From the NCBI GenBank assembly GCA_051294905.1, contig CM119372.1, positions 31,374,001-31,438,000 of the forward strand: DNA of 64,000 nt. Direction: 5' to 3'. Shown one piece after another: positions 1 through 13,465 of the stretch. The notes below the pieces were generated by a model. That model was not told the origin of the DNA. It searched no databases and saw only the letters and a program-made list of their open reading frames with translations. Each line of letters opens with the position of its first letter. Position 1 is the stretch's first letter. A program made the translations under genes and the position numbers. The DNA comes from Botryllus schlosseri. Taxonomy: Eukaryota.

Positions 1-749
1 GTTACTTTCTTATAGAGTCCACAACGTATACCTAGTGCGAATAGGTAAGTGCTATTCACGGCGACAGAGATATCATCTTTCACACAAGGAATTAGCGACC
101 GCTTTTGCTCAACTATTTCGATTGATGCTATAAATACATGGTAGAGCGTTTCACCATAAACACCCTATCAGAATGCGTCTCGTTTCGTGGCGTAGTTGGT
201 TAGGCGTTGACATTCTGAATCCAACTAAATATTACTTATTAGTTTTGCAACCCATTCAGGTCGTGTTTTACACTTTAGAAAAGTGAAGCAAAATTTTTAC
301 CCCCCTATCACTGTAACTGAATAATTGTTTGAAATTAACATCTATTTGCAGGGTCAATAATGATTTTGCAATGCTCTCAAATAAACATCTTGCATTTTCG
401 AAAGTAGCCCCCCCATTGACCGATAAATGTATTCAAATCCTTAACCAAATCGACTTTGTAAAATAATTATTTGAGTACTTTTCAGCCGTTCGTTTTCTTC
501 TTGCACTTCAAGTAGGCATAAACAGTCTTGGAAAATGCTACTTGTACTTGTAATTGATTAGAAACTTCTACTTAGTGTTGGTGGTAAAAAGATGAGTGAT
601 CAAATATAATACACACGGCTATGAAATTGTATCAGATCCACACTAATACATTAAAAGTGCTTGCAAAGATCTGTGCCATGAATTAAATGCACCGGCTTAA
701 AGACCAGCACTCAAACGACGAGTGCTTGAAAACAGTAAATCGTATTCAC

Positions 750-894
750 CTCAGTCGGAGCAGTTTTATCGGAAGCTAATGATTTCGCGTCATCCAGGTT
801 TTGATTGATTTCCGGCTCCGGTATTGGTTCTTCCTCTGGCTCGCTAGGAACGGGAGTCTCTTCCACTCGGACAAACTGATAGTCATCTTCCGGC
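750..894 (-). CDS. Exon (PEDDYQFVRVEETPVPSEPEEEPIPEPE...APTE); gene probably continues beyond window start
   Basis: tttaag| and GAG|gtgaat; phase 2-0. Confidence 0.75.
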
Positions 895-1128
895 CTTAAA
901 CCAAACAAATCAAATGATAGCGAAGAAAATTATTACCGTCATGTAAGTAACGAGTGGCCCAAATGCGACGTACAGCCGTCATTTAAGTAAATACTAATCG
1001 AATGTATTCCACATTTAATACTGCATCAAGTCATACACTGTGTTCTTTTTTTCGTTTTTATATACCACCATAACTAGTAAGCACGTGTGCACTTGTACAA
1101 TGTAGATACTTGTTTATAGGTAACTTAC

Positions 1129-1231
1129 GTTTGGCTTGGAATGGAGGACAAACGATCATCTTCATCGTCAGACTTTACTTCAGGGGTAGGCGCTTTCGTC
1201 GGCAAAACCTCCGGTTCCGGTGTCTTCACTT
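1129..1231 (-). CDS. Exon (VKTPEPEVLPTKAPTPEVKSDDEDDRLSSIPSQ)
   Basis: tatcag| and |gtaagt; phase 1-2. Confidence 0.75.
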
Positions 1232-1394
1232 CTGATAATCATGTGATATTGTGATTAACTAGCTTTAAACACGGAAACACAATAACAATGAGTTAGGGTG
1301 CACGTCGTGCGTGATATCAGATAAAATATATCGTAATATATATTATGCTTTCAGCAAAAGATTGACACTTTTGAAATCGTGGCTAACACAAAGT

Positions 1395-1600
1395 GAGTTT
1401 GTGTACCATCTAAAAATAATACATTGAGCTTGAGCGCTCTCCCCACCACGATTATTTGAAATTTCATGCCGGTGGCGTCAGATTTTGTGATACGGTCGTA
1501 GATATACAATGTAATTTCCAATTCTCTACTAGTTGCTGACGATTACCCCTGACGAGTGTCAGCAGAAAACATTCGGGTTCATTTCAACATGAATATACCA
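1395..1600 (+). mobile_element. Penelope-like 3' terminal repeat only
   Basis: Aligns with 5780-5975 and 58000-58190. Confidence 0.7.
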
Positions 1601-1982
1601 TACAAAATGACTCATGACAGTACAATAGGTGTCATTTTCGGAAATATATTCAATTAACATGTTCGAGGGGCTATTTCAAACCAATTGTTTTGAAAATTTC
1701 ACCTCTAAAAGTGATGCAGACACATCTCAAAACTCCTTTCAACCTTACGAAATCCAAACTGTAAAAAGTAAGGAGTTTTGCCAAAAAAACGCTGTGAAGT
1801 GGCAATTGTGTAAAAACAAAAGTACTTGAGTAAGTTGGGCAAGCCAGCAAAGCCAGCTCGAGTACTATATGTAGAAGTACTTCTAAAAATTGATACTTAA
1901 AAAAACGAATCACTCACAATATATTTTGTACAAACTCAACTCTCATGCAAGCAATCCAATTGAAGAAAGTAGTGTGACTCAC

Positions 1983-2070
1983 TTAGCTCTGCCTTAGCGG
2001 GGGTGGGAGGCTCCGGATCCGCTTCCGGCACTTTCTCAGTCATTTTCGGTTTGGTAGTCTTTGATTTCGG
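1983..2070 (-). CDS. Exon (PKSKTTKPKMTEKVPEADPEPPTPAKAEL)
   Basis: ttgcag| and |gtgagt; phase 0-1. Confidence 0.75.
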
Positions 2071-2851
2071 CTGCAAACACACAAGTTCAGACAATATTAG
2101 GTTTAAAAACGGACAAGTTCAATGATTTGGAAAGGCAATTGCCTTGTACGATTTGTTTTTTGCTGATTTTGTCTCTCCTAGAGTTTGAACAGAGTTCTCA
2201 CTCTGACATAATTTATACTGTGCTGGCTATAAAGTAAATCAACCTAAAAACTCCACGGGCCAAATTCTCAATGAGAAAATTCAAAATATCCACAACGCAA
2301 TGAATATTTCCACTCAATTTACTTTGAATAAACTGATTCGATGTTCAAAAGGCCAGATTTCACTAGAAATGCCCGATACGAACAAAAAAATGGTTCAAAC
2401 CAATTCCAAAGCAGAGGATTGCTCTGCTTTTGTTGAATCGTAATGAGTGTGAAAATTAGCCAAGTTATTGATGTTCAAAATTTTGGATTCAAATCATAGT
2501 ATTTACGGTGGAGAATAAAAATTAAAGCATTGGCCACCGTAGACAGCCATACTCCAATAAGTTTGTTTCTACAAATTGAGTCAAATTGTATGTACATCGT
2601 TTCTTCAGACAACCTAACAATTTCATCGGGTAGCCAGTAAAATTTGGAAATTTATTTATTTATTTTTGTTAAATAAATAGCAATGAATTTATAGGCTGGA
2701 ATTGAGCCAAAATTGGTGTGCATTTTTTTTTAGGCAACGACAATTTTATCAACTAGCCAGTTGAATTTGAAAAAGATAGTTATTTTCGAACAGCCCTATT
2801 GTACAGCACTTCCTAGTGCTATGTTGAGCCCTCGCTGTATAGATTTCTCAC

Positions 2852-2982
2852 CTTTGAGGCTTCCTGTTTCGGAGACTTAACTTTTTCTTTTTTCTGCTTG
2901 ACAGGCTTCGGGTCCGGCTTGGGCGGTGACTGCAAACCCTTGGGCGCTTTTTCATCTTTTGCACGTCCAGCGGTGAATGGTT
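2852..2982 (-). CDS. Exon (PFTAGRAKDEKAPKGLQSPPKPDPKPVKQKKKKVKSPKQEASK)
   Basis: cttcag| and AAG|gtgaga; phase 1-0. Confidence 0.75.
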
Positions 2983-3227
2983 CTGAAGTACATCAGAGCT
3001 GGTCAGAAGTACCCAGTAAGGTGTTACAAAAAGTAAACTTCAGTGCTAAATTTTATGCAAACCCACCTAAATACTAGTCTACTTTACACTTGCCAAATTG
3101 GCTTCAAAATGCAGAAGTAATGGGAATGTAGTAGTGGGAGATCAAGGTCTTAAAAGTACTCAATTAAGCAGTTTGAAAAACGAATGATAGGAATAGGACG
3201 TTGTATATTTTTGTCCTTGATGTTTTT

Positions 3228-3515
3228 GCGGCATATACACCGACTCATGATACGCATACACACGATCTGTGCATATGCATACCATGAGTGCATGATGTGC
3301 ATATGCCGCTGGACAAGGAAGGTACAGAAATAGCCTTGCAAGGCTTTCTAAGTCTTGCACCACCCCTCAATGCTATCCCGGTGATGCTGAGCGACAAGCC
3401 GGGAAGTTATGGACACCAGTGTTACTAATCATGTCTTTGGTCTGACCTGACCGGGGATTGAACCCACAATCTACCAATCAAGAAGCCGGACGCTTCGCCA
3501 ACACTCCATCATGTC
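3228..3515 (-). mobile_element. tRNA-derived SINE
   Basis: B box GGGTTCAATCCCC on the minus strand; aligns along its length with 52632-53590. Confidence 0.75.
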
Positions 3516-3880
3516 AGTTAAAAGTAGATTTCTTCAAGTTGCATATATTCTTTCAAAATTGGCAAATGTATTTTCGCGATTACCGCAGAATGACTAATGA
3601 CAATACAAATAGATGAAACTTTGATATTAACTACCAGGGTGGTCCTTAAAAATGCAATTTGGAATGTTGTTAGTCCGACCCTGCCAAAATGTTCCTTTGG
3701 ATTAAAAAAAAAAACATTAGTAGAATTTTATTGACACTCAGTAATGTTTAGCGGTGGATAAATGGATCCAAATTTCTACCCATACGATCAAGCGAGCAGT
3801 TCTCATGACAATTTCGGCCACTCTATTGTAATAGCGAACACGTGAAATATTGTGTTGCTAATTACGTCTTGCATTACTAC

Positions 3881-3998
3881 CTGGTGTTTTGACTTTATGC
3901 TTGACCGGAGAAGGGGTTGGCTCGGCGGACATACGTTCGTCCTTTTTATTAGAATCTTTCGCCTGCTTTTCTTGTCCTTTCTTTATTCGCATTTTCTT
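3881..3998 (-). CDS. Exon (KKMRIKKGQEKQAKDSNKKDERMSAEPTPSPVKHKVKTP)
   Basis: ttacag| and G|gtagta; phase 0-1. Confidence 0.7.
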
Positions 3999-4063
3999 CT
4001 GTAACAAAATAAAAATTTGGTCACAAAATACCGAGGGCGGGCAGATTCAAAGTCGAGGCCCAC

Positions 4064-4119
4064 CATTGATTTGGACTCCAGCGATTTTTCTTCTTCCGAC
4101 TTGTCTGCTTTGGCATGCA
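4064..4119 (-). CDS. Exon (HAKADKSEEEKSLESKSM)
   Basis: ccgcag| and ATG|gtgggc; phase 1-0, then a 65-nt intron. Confidence 0.6.
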
Positions 4120-4898
4120 CTGCGGAATATAGAAATAAGAAAATTGCGGCTGTGATTAGAAAGCAGACACTAAGAAATTACTTGGTTCATTAATAGACGG
4201 ACTTACCTTTAACAAACGGTTTTGTGTGCAGACGAATTCAAATTTTACTTTTACAGAATTCGAAGTGAAAATAGTGCCGATAAAAATCCCGCCTAAATTC
4301 TTTGAGTACGGCCCCACATTCAAATCGTAAAAGTAGCTTTTTCAGCAACCATTTTGAAGCGAAATTATAAATTAACAAAGTTGAGGTAATTCTAACTACT
4401 CTTTAAAGCCTTTATGCACTAATTTCCTTGCGCTTACACGAAAGGCATAAACTGTTTGGAGGTCACAAAACCAGTCACTTACTCACGTTTCGAGAGAAGT
4501 GGAGGTAGCGATTATTATCAAGGCAGGTCATACTACTTTCTGTCTCTACTTTTGAGGTAATTTTCAGAGCAATTTCCGTTGCTTTTATTATTGAATTCCT
4601 TTACAGAAAGGAGTTATTATTAGCTTACTTTAGATGGCATATGAATATCATCTTGTGTGTCTATCTTTTCTACTTCCAACATCCACTTGATAGTAAAATA
4701 TACAATGCAAGAATAGGTGTAGTGGATGACTGTCAGGGCGAAGATTTTTCAATAATTACGACCAGGAACAGTTGTGATACAATCACAGATGACACCTCAA
4801 TGTACATCGTAGAAGCACAAAATATGAGGGTAAGAGGGCAGTGTCAGCACTCTTTTTTAATCTGGCATGTCTATACTTTTTATTGCACGTAACTCTAC

Positions 4899-5019
4899 CT
4901 TTGCTTGTTTGTTCTTCTTTGGCCTTGTTTTCCAGTGAGCCTGTAGCGTCCGGCTTGCTACTCTTGTCCTGCGTTTTCTGGCTTTCTGGTTTCTTAGCGA
5001 CACTCTGCGTTTCTTTCTT
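4899..5019 (-). CDS. Exon (KKETQSVAKKPESQKTQDKSSKPDATGSLENKAKEEQTSK)
   Basis: taacag| and G|gtagag; phase 0-1 (different frame from the ORF-track call). Confidence 0.65.
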
Positions 5020-5579
5020 CTGTTACGGACATATTCTGTTTTACTACAAGTAAAATCGTCCAGTGCCACCATATTAAGCAACCCATCTATGATTTAATAT
5101 ACTTCACCATTGGTGAATCAGCAAGACGCCGTTAGTACTTTACTTAGGAAAGGTTTTGACATGATTAGTATTAATACACCAATGAATCACTGATAATACC
5201 AGGTATAAAAGTTGAGCCCGAACACACTTGAATTACACGATGGCGACCAAAGTAAACAGTGTCGGTACCCAAGTAGAATTAGGTACAACGTAGCACATTG
5301 AATTTCTACTGAGTTACAATTACAAGGAACTATCACCAAGACAAAAGTAGATCTGGTCAAGGGTCATCTCACTTTTAGCAGTTAATCAGAGGTGGGTGTT
5401 TTAGGAATTGCATTTTGCATCTGTGTGACTAATGTGATTACTAAAAATAGGTACGATTTTTGGAAATTTATCAAGTTACCATGATAACGGGCTGTTTCAC
5501 ATGATTTTAAGACCAATTTCATTCATGATAAGTACCGTAATACAAACATATCCCAATTTTTATTAGAACACAAGCATCA

Positions 5580-5975
5580 TGCTCGGAGAAAAGGTCGCTT
5601 CATTCAGAACAGGCAAAGGCCACGAATTCTGCCACTGGCAAACATTTGTTGGATTATTCTGTTTGGGCGAAAAATTACGGAGATGACACATATTTCGCGC
5701 CATCGGGAGAGGTCGTTCTCACTTTCATGTGTGTGCCTTGGAGTTGACTTTTATCAAAGCCAACCTGGTTCGTCCCCTTTATGTATCATCTAAAAATACT
5801 GCATTGAGCTTAAGCGATCTCTGACTGAAATATCCGAAATTTCATGCCAGTGACGTCATGTTTGGAGATACGATTATTGGTTTACAATGTTCCTTCCAAT
5901 TCTCTACTAGTCGCTGACGATCACCCCTAATGGGTGTCAGCCGAAGATATTCGGGTTCATTTCAATATAAACACA
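5580..5975 (+). mobile_element. Penelope-like 3' fragment (GIY-YIG tail + 3' repeat)
   Basis: EQAKATNSATGKHLLD...KNYGDD...GRGRSHFHVCALELTFIK matches the 11476 ORF; followed by the shared attctctactagt.gctgacga...ttcgggttcatttcaa tail. Confidence 0.8.
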
Positions 5976-6184
5976 CGAATCAATTTAAAGCTTATTTGTC
6001 AGTTAAAAATTCGAAAGTTTAAAAAGTCAGCAATTTTACCTAAGAAAATGTGAAGTAGAGGTGGAAGCTGTCTAAAAACCATTTGAGCAAAAGTACTGCA
6101 AAAAGTAGACGACTTCATTACTGGTCACCTCTGGAAACATAGGAACCAAAAAAACGATAGAAAAGGGGGGCTCGATCTTGTCAC

Positions 6185-6344
6185 CTTTTTAGCCGCAATA
6201 CCATCCAGTTTTTCTGGTTCCCTTTTTCTATCTTTTGCAACCACTGCAGACGCTTCGTGTTTCGTTTCTGGCTGTTCTTTCTTCTCATACGAAGTCACGT
6301 CGTATTTCAAAGCGACATTATCATTGCTGACCGGTATTGATGAT
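6185..6344 (-). CDS. Exon (SSIPVSNDNVALKYDVTSYEKKEQPETKH...IAAKK)
   Basis: tattcag| and AAG|gtgaca; phase 2-0. Confidence 0.7.
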
Positions 6345-6954
6345 CTGAATAGAAGGATTATTACTATGTTCCTGTGGTTGTAATCCAAATCCTATTCGAG
6401 ATTCGAGTGTTGAGCTTGATAAGGGGGCGGTGAGTCGAAAAAGATTGGGAACCACTGTGCTAGTCTGTGTATAACATAGTTTGTTTCTGACATCTATTGT
6501 TCTTATGTATAAGACTCTTCTTCATTTTCAATACTCAAATCTTGCCCACACATAATATTTGTGATATTCATATCAGATACGATCATGGATTTGAATTTAG
6601 ATTTGCAAATAGCTGTATTTAAGGATTTTGTCTGGATATTAATCATGATTATTCTGAAGCTGGATTTGGATGCGTACCTGAAGATGAATGGTAATAATTT
6701 AGTACAATTTCAAATTTTTATGCGGTTTCTGAACATTTTTCAATCATCACAGAATTTAGACTTGGAGTTGATACTAATTTTATTTCAGATTTGGATGGAA
6801 TCTCACATCCAGTGCAGGATTTGGATTTTGAAAAATTAGATACACTCATCTCTGTGACAAATGTTTTACTGGCACAGGCATTCTAATCTTATGCGTGAGT
6901 TTTCTGTACCTATGGAATTCAAAATCGATAGGCCGAATTTGGGTGCATACATAC

Positions 6955-7067
6955 TTTGTAAGTGCAGAATGTGTGCTGCTTCCATGACTCAACTTTCTCA
7001 GACGAGAAGAAACAGGTGATACGGTTGAAGAATCTGTGGACGCAGTCTCTGGTCGGTCCGAAGTTTT
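6955..7067 (-). CDS. Exon (KTSDRPETASTDSSTVSPVSSRLRKLSHGSSTHSALT)
   Basis: ttctag| and AA|gtatgt; phase 0-2. Confidence 0.65.
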
Positions 7068-8247
7068 CTAGAATAGTCAATATATCAGATTGGAAAATGT
7101 AACTAAAATCAACTGAAAGTAACAGGGACTATCATTCGAAAACAATGATTAGAATATTTTATCAGGGCCTGGATTAACGATTTGGCTAAACTGGATTTAG
7201 ATTCGGGTGTGCAATTTTACAAAGAAACAGAGTTGCTATCAAATTTGAATTAGAACAAAAAACAAAGTACAAACTTATTAATAAAATCTGTCTAATGACT
7301 CTATTCGATAAGATTCAGGTTGAAGAACATAAATTTAGCTTATATAGGTGAATTCTAATTAATCATCTAAGTAAAAACTCCTTATCTTGGCAACCTATTT
7401 CGTGGGATTAAAAGTTTCACCAGAGGACTAAGGATAATCTTGGTGTGAAGTCTTATCCAATGTTGAGTCACGATTAACAGTTTCAATCATATCAATAGCA
7501 TTCTCGCGAGTAAGCTAACTTTATGATCTCCGCCCCAAATTTGGATACTTCAAGTTACTTGGAACATTTTGTATTTTGAGAAACATCTCGGAATAATCGA
7601 TGTTTTCGCAACAGAAATTGTGCCTTGGTAAAAGGTACACAAATGCCCGAAACAGAAATACAGCACAGTGTCAGCACAGCTTCAGCAGAATATTGACCGC
7701 AAAGACCAATCAGATGGTATCGGGAGAGTTGGATTTTAGGTCTGGAGTAATTTATGCGGTGCTGCGAAGCAGTATTTCTTCGCGTTGTGCCTAGAGCTGC
7801 CACTGAACCGTTGATAATTCTTATATTTTGCTCAATTACCCATGTGTGCTTATGAAACGCAGGCTAATAATTGCTTCAGTATCACAGAAAAAGAAAATTT
7901 ACCATTCTAAGAGGCATGAGCTGAATATGTAAATTCGCACTCCACCTCTAATATGTTGTTCAGATATTGGTTGTGATGGAAATGTGAATATTTTTCTTGA
8001 AAAATCAACTATTGCTTTGAATAGCACCATTTCCCTCAATATTTCAAACTGAGCTTACTGGCAGTAAGATAGTGACTATCATGGGTTATGACGAGAATCA
8101 AAATTGAGATCTACTTGGATGAAATCACTTCATCTGGAGACGGAAATTCTACACTCCGCTCTGTTGATCGTGTTTGCAGCAATATTGCATACAAAATATA
8201 ACAGATGAAATCGACCGTGAAGTTCACTGGAAATATTGGAATCATAC

Positions 8248-8354
8248 GTTTTCACTCGGAACGTCGACAACAAATTGCTTTCGTTTCGATTCCGAATCCG
8301 ATGTTCTGTCCGTGCGGTGAGACTTTGTTGTGATGGAACTGTGCCTTGAACGTA
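8248..8354 (-). CDS. Exon (RSRHSSITTKSHRTDRTSDSESKRKQFVVDVPSEN)
   Basis: ttttccag| and |gtatga; phase 1-0. Confidence 0.65.
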
Positions 8355-9044
8355 CTGGAAAACAAGTGAATGCGAATTAAGCCTATAGTCTACATGGGAC
8401 ATCGGTTACTTCTTTTAAACTGAAATAATGCAGACACCACATCAGACATGGTATGACAAGTACCATACATGGCAAAATACATAAAGTTTCAAAAATAATT
8501 TGGTAATTTATCCCATGAGGTTCGTTAGGGGTGGTTAATGTATTTTGTGTAGTGGTCAAGGTGAAGAAATCAACTTAGCTACTAACTCGAATACTAGTAC
8601 AACCAGTTCTTTATAATGTGCACTGAAACTATTGAAGCATCAGTAAAATACCAATGTATTGAAGTTAGTATCTCCAAAAGTACGGTGATCAAGCAATGAT
8701 AATTTTTAAACTACAAAATGCATCACAGAGAATATTGCTATAAAGGTAAAAAACCTGCTATTTCAAAAGCCAAGATGGACAAATTATGTACATTATAACT
8801 GAGTGCTTTAATGCGCAAACTCAAAGCATCATGAAGAAATTAGCTTTTGCAAATGGAGGGGTGCGGATAGATTCGAGAGAAATGGTTTGGATTCTACCAA
8901 GCACACGAGACGATATCATGATCAAAGAGCACTATATCATTTTCTGACCACAAGACACTTTCGATGTCAAATCTTTTGCAAGAGGAAGAGACATACTTGG
9001 AAATGAAATTAAAGTTATCTACAAAAGTATGGCTACCAACTTAC

Positions 9045-9204
9045 CGACATGTTTCCCCTCGTCGATATCATGGAAGACTTCCACTTCTTCTGGATCGACA
9101 GTGGACGCATACACTTTTTGAACCAATTCCGGTTCGAATTGTAATTCCTTCTCGTCGATACCAAGCTCGGATGCTTTGCGTTTCACCTCGTAAATGAACG
9201 CCTC
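9045..9204 (-). CDS. Exon (EAFIYEVKRKASELGIDEKELQFEPELVQKVYASTVDPEEVEVFHDIDEGKHV)
   Basis: ccgtag| and G|gtaagt; phase 0-1. Confidence 0.75.
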
Positions 9205-9772
9205 CTACGGATGAATGTATTTTATGTATATAAATTTTTTTATGTCAATATTTACCATAAAACTATACTCGACCAGTAACATCATAGCATTCGTAGGAGC
9301 TAAAGTTTCATTTTGTGCAAGCATACAGATCTTTTCAGACCTTTTCAATGTCAAGGGGCATCATAACCATATAAAATGAAATGTCACAGCATGATATCGG
9401 TCTTTTCGAAAGAATCTCTAGCGTCACACAAATCACATTGTGATTTCCTAAGACCCGCACCCCATAATATTGTTTCGTATTTAGCTGGTCCGAATGAAAA
9501 TCAGCCAACAAGTCATCAGTCCCATACGTTGGAAACCACTGCACTAGCCAGCTAAAAACAGTTCATGGTAACCTAGGGTAAGCCGAGGTTATTGGAAAAA
9601 CATCACCAGTGCGAAATGAACAATACAAACAATGCCAATTTTGAAATTTGTGAGAAGAGGCATTGCAATCAAATCTACGATTCCCTCAGGTAAATGGCTG
9701 ACGAGCAAGCGCACATGGCGCAAGTTTCAAAAACTCAACTCTGATGATATTAATAACATGATGATTTCCCAC

Positions 9773-9919
9773 CTGTGCAGAAGACACTGATGTTTTTCTC
9801 GATGATGCTGTCTTTGTTGACTTTACCGACGCATCCACACTTTTTACGGATGATTTTTTCGATTTGGTATGTGCGACACTTGCATCCTTCGAAGAACTTT
9901 TTATGCTGTCTTTATCCAA
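9773..9919 (-). CDS. Exon, S/K-rich (LDKDSIKSSSKDASVAHTKSKKSSVKS...SSAQ)
   Basis: ttttag| and CAG|gtggga; 147 nt. Confidence 0.75.
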
Positions 9920-10411
9920 CTAAAATATATGTTTTAATAATTGTAACAAAGCACAGAATAATTTTAGAGACCTTACTGGTATTTGGCATTGCGACGGCCA
10001 CAGTTGTACAAGTCATGACCAGTATTTGGGTTTGTACTAATCAAAACCATTCGCCTAAACTGCTTTTCGGTCGACTGAATTTTGCGTGATTATCCTGCGA
10101 TGGAACAGTAACAAAACCAAGATGAGTAGAAATCCATGCAGTATGGAGCAAATTCAGATAGTTTTACCCATATTTGTCACATTTTTGTGTTTTTATTTTC
10201 AGTGAGTCACAGAGCTTTTCTGCTATACAGCAGCGGTTTCCACTGCAAAGCTACCAACCACTTTCTTTTAGTAATCAGGTCACCAAATTCAAAGGTGGGC
10301 CACGGAAATTTTTAAATTACAGCTTGGACAGCGACTATTAAACCAGTGCACTAAAGCGATATTGTTGACTAATTTCACCAGGTCTGATAAACTCATAGAA
10401 TGACATCTCAC

Positions 10412-10468
10412 CTTTTCTTCTATTCCGGCCGCATTCCATTGAGAGCTTTCTGTCTCCACGTCATCGAC
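10412..10468 (-). CDS. Exon (VDDVETESSQWNAAGIEEK)
   Basis: cttgtag| and AAG|gtgaga; 57 nt. Confidence 0.7.
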
Positions 10469-10887
10469 CTACAAGAGAGCGTATATGTATTTCAGCATTT
10501 TTTTCCTGGTATTATCATTTCAAAGACTTGAGCCTTGCATAAGTATGGGTACAATTGAATTATAGTAATTAATGGCATTTGTCGTGACATAAAAGCATCG
10601 AATTGAATGTCGCAAATACAGTTAGGTCGTAATATACTATTTTTTGCAGCCAACCGCCTGGAAATACAAGCAGATTTTACCAATTCAGCGATGAGAACTG
10701 CGAAATTACAACCCTGCTTCAAACAAGCCAATTTTCAACATTACTTTCTGAAAACCTAATTTTACACTTTCAACCTAAAGTAATTATGGAATATCTTGTA
10801 TTTAGCTAGTTTAGCTGCAGCATGCTCAAAATTCACAGCAGCATTAATGACTATTTTACTTAAACCCTGCCATAAATCGAATATTAC

Positions 10888-11019
10888 CGATGTCACATCC
10901 GATGCAGAACCGTCCGTGCTTCCCTTGCTCGATATCTTGTTCCACATTTCGGCGGCACGCATTGCGTCTTCTCCCAACTGGGAATCGGGGCGCTGTATCT
11001 TCACCACCATTTCTGCGAC
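10888..11019 (-). CDS. Exon (VAEMVVKIQRPDSQLGEDAMRAAEMWNKISSKGSTDGSASDVTS)
   Basis: tttttcag| and |gtaata; 132 nt, phase 0-0. Confidence 0.75.
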
Positions 11020-11075
11020 CTGAAAAACCTTGGCATGTCGGCCAGCATTCGGACTGTTTGTCGGAATTTGCGTAC

Positions 11076-11135
11076 CTTCTGCGCATGACCCGTTAGCTTC
11101 GCCGATCGGCTCGATATCGGTCGGCTTTCCTCTGC
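11076..11135 (-). CDS. Exon (AEESRPISSRSAKLTGHAQK); first exon of the downstream chain
   Basis: tattcag| and AAG|gtacgc; 60 nt, then a 56-nt intron. Confidence 0.6.
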
Positions 11136-11329
11136 CTGAATAGGAAAGAAGACTGAGCAAAAGCGTTTGAAATGTTACAACATAGAAGGATTTTCTATAT
11201 TGATGTTTGAATAGCAGCCATTCATACATGTCTTCGTTAATTCTGTTGTAAAAATATGTATTATAAGAGACTCTTTGGGGTACAGAACTTTAATATAAAT
11301 TTTAATAATATATTCATTGCAGAATTATA

Positions 11330-12283
11330 TTAAAAGCTTTTCGAGCTGACACTCTTCTAGGGCAATCGTCAGCAAATGGAGAATTTCAAAAACATGCATC
11401 TAGCTACATTGCATACAACCAATTATGACGTCATAGAAACAAACAACATGAAATACAGGCAAACCGCGAGCACAGCTACTGGCCAGTTTGTAGATTGACT
11501 AAAAATTCCTTCTGCTGACACAAGCGCGGTCGGTGGATTTTAATATAAGTCGATTCCAGTGCAGATAGATGGAAATAAGTGCGGACTCTACCTAATATAG
11601 AGAATCTTTCATCGCGATAGTTTTTAGCGCAAGTTGCATTCTCAGCCAAATGCTTGCCAATGGCAGAGTTCATAGCCATGGCCTGATTACGTTCTAGTAA
11701 TCGCAGATCAGTTACGGCTGCGTCTTCGCGGGACTCCAATGTGCGCGATCTAATAACGCTCGGAACATGTTGTTTGATGTGTTCCTGCAAGCGCTGAGTT
11801 GTTTTTCCCACGTACCGACAATCACAGTGGCACTTGAAATCATAGACTATTTTGCTTTGTTGAGAAGCAGGAAGAACATCTTTGCGCGTTGCAGGACACA
11901 ATTGTTTGGTGGTAAACACAACATTAGTTTTTACGTTATCGTAACAGCGATTTACAGCAGAAATCAATTGCTTTTCAAAACGGGAAGAGATGGGCCCTCA
12001 GCCACGGTAAATGTACATATACATTCTCCTCAGACCGTGTGTTCGTGTTTTGTGATTTGCTGGGATTGAAATTACTGAGTTTTCTGTCCACAGAACTCTT
12101 GACGATGTGTTCGGGGTACCCGTTATCGATTAGAATTTTGCGGATATATTCTAGCTCCGCGTTCAATTTTACATCCGAACATATCATCAAGGCTCAGTGC
12201 ACCAACGTGCCAATCAAATTTAGTTCCGGGCAATTCGGGCTAAACGAATTCCAGCGTATATATTGTCCTGTAAACGTATATTA
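11330..12283 (-). mobile_element. 5'-truncated, frameshifted Penelope-like retroelement (RT C-terminus + GIY-YIG endonuclease + 3' hammerhead-like motif)
   Basis: FTGQYIRWNSF...ELEYIRKILIDNGYPEHIV (RT thumb), then SKIVYDFKCHCDCRYVGKTTQRLQEHIKQH...SAIGKHL...ALESTYIK...LCQQKE (GIY-YIG); frameshift near 11970. Confidence 0.9.
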
Positions 12284-13465
12284 AATATACATTACACAAA
12301 CAAAGTGCCAGTGTAGCTTTGTGGTTGGAGCCCTAGTTCAGCAATCTGTTGACACGGGTTCAAATTGCATGAAGGCTAGGACAGTACTCAAATCAAAACC
12401 AATCATCAATTGCAATGATTTGAGTCGAGCAGAGAGAGACCATTATGGAGTACTGGTAGCTTACTGAAATTATATGAATTTCTCCACTGTGAGTTTTTTG
12501 ATCATCGACATTTATAGTTTTGATACCCAGGACTCCTGTGGGAGCTTTGAAACCCAATTTGGTCGGATCCCAGCATCTAAACCTTGCAGTATAATGCTAC
12601 GCATGGGAATAACAATTTTGTAAAATGTTGATCGATTCACAGCATTGACGCTGTGAAATAGGTACCGTATTGTCAAAAAATACATAACTTTTGATGCAAT
12701 GTTATTGGTGTAAATAAATATTGATAAAAAGTGCATATTCGAACTTTCCTAGTCATTCGTCATGTTATGACGTCCTAATGAATGATACTGGAATGTTCAA
12801 CTAAAAGACTGATACCCGATTGAAAAAAATTGCATAAAATTCAACTACAATATTGAATCGCAGCTTTTTACACTCTCAAATGTCAGTATGGTACATTATT
12901 TTTCAAGACCAAGTCGCAGTTGTAAATCTCTGGCAGGATAAGATTCAACACTCCACGAGTTTTACTATACCGTACTGAAACAAAGTAGCTGGCTGAGCTC
13001 ACTAGTGTATGGAGTTTAAAGTAGCAAAGTCAATAATAAAGAACTCATGACTGCACAGATACACAGCACACAGTCATAGGAGCCAACTTTTATATTTGTA
13101 CGAGGTGGCGCAGTCTTGTGATGTCATAATCATTCCATATCAGTGACGTCATAGTCGAAATAGAACGCACTTTACTACATGCCGGTAAGCGTTAAACCAC
13201 TCATGTGACGTTTTAATACTGGTTCTGCACTCATTAATATCAAGCCATACAGTCAAGTTATTAAATGGAATCTTAAAACGGTAGCCTGTGATCATTCAAA
13301 AGTGAAACTGCGTTACCAGTCGGTCCGATGGCGATCAATTTATTGAAATATAGAGGGTTCCCGTTCAAAGGCATCGAATAAAATCGGAATTTATGTTACT
13401 GAGAATTTTGTGCTGCATCAACGTCATTCACGCACAATGCGACGTATGAGTAACGAAATAGACTA

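Noticed and set aside
4207..4581. Candidate exons at 4487-4581 and 4207-4247 (also 9977-10094, 8948-8995)
   Set aside because: Splice-like signals, but phases or stops do not fit the exon chain.
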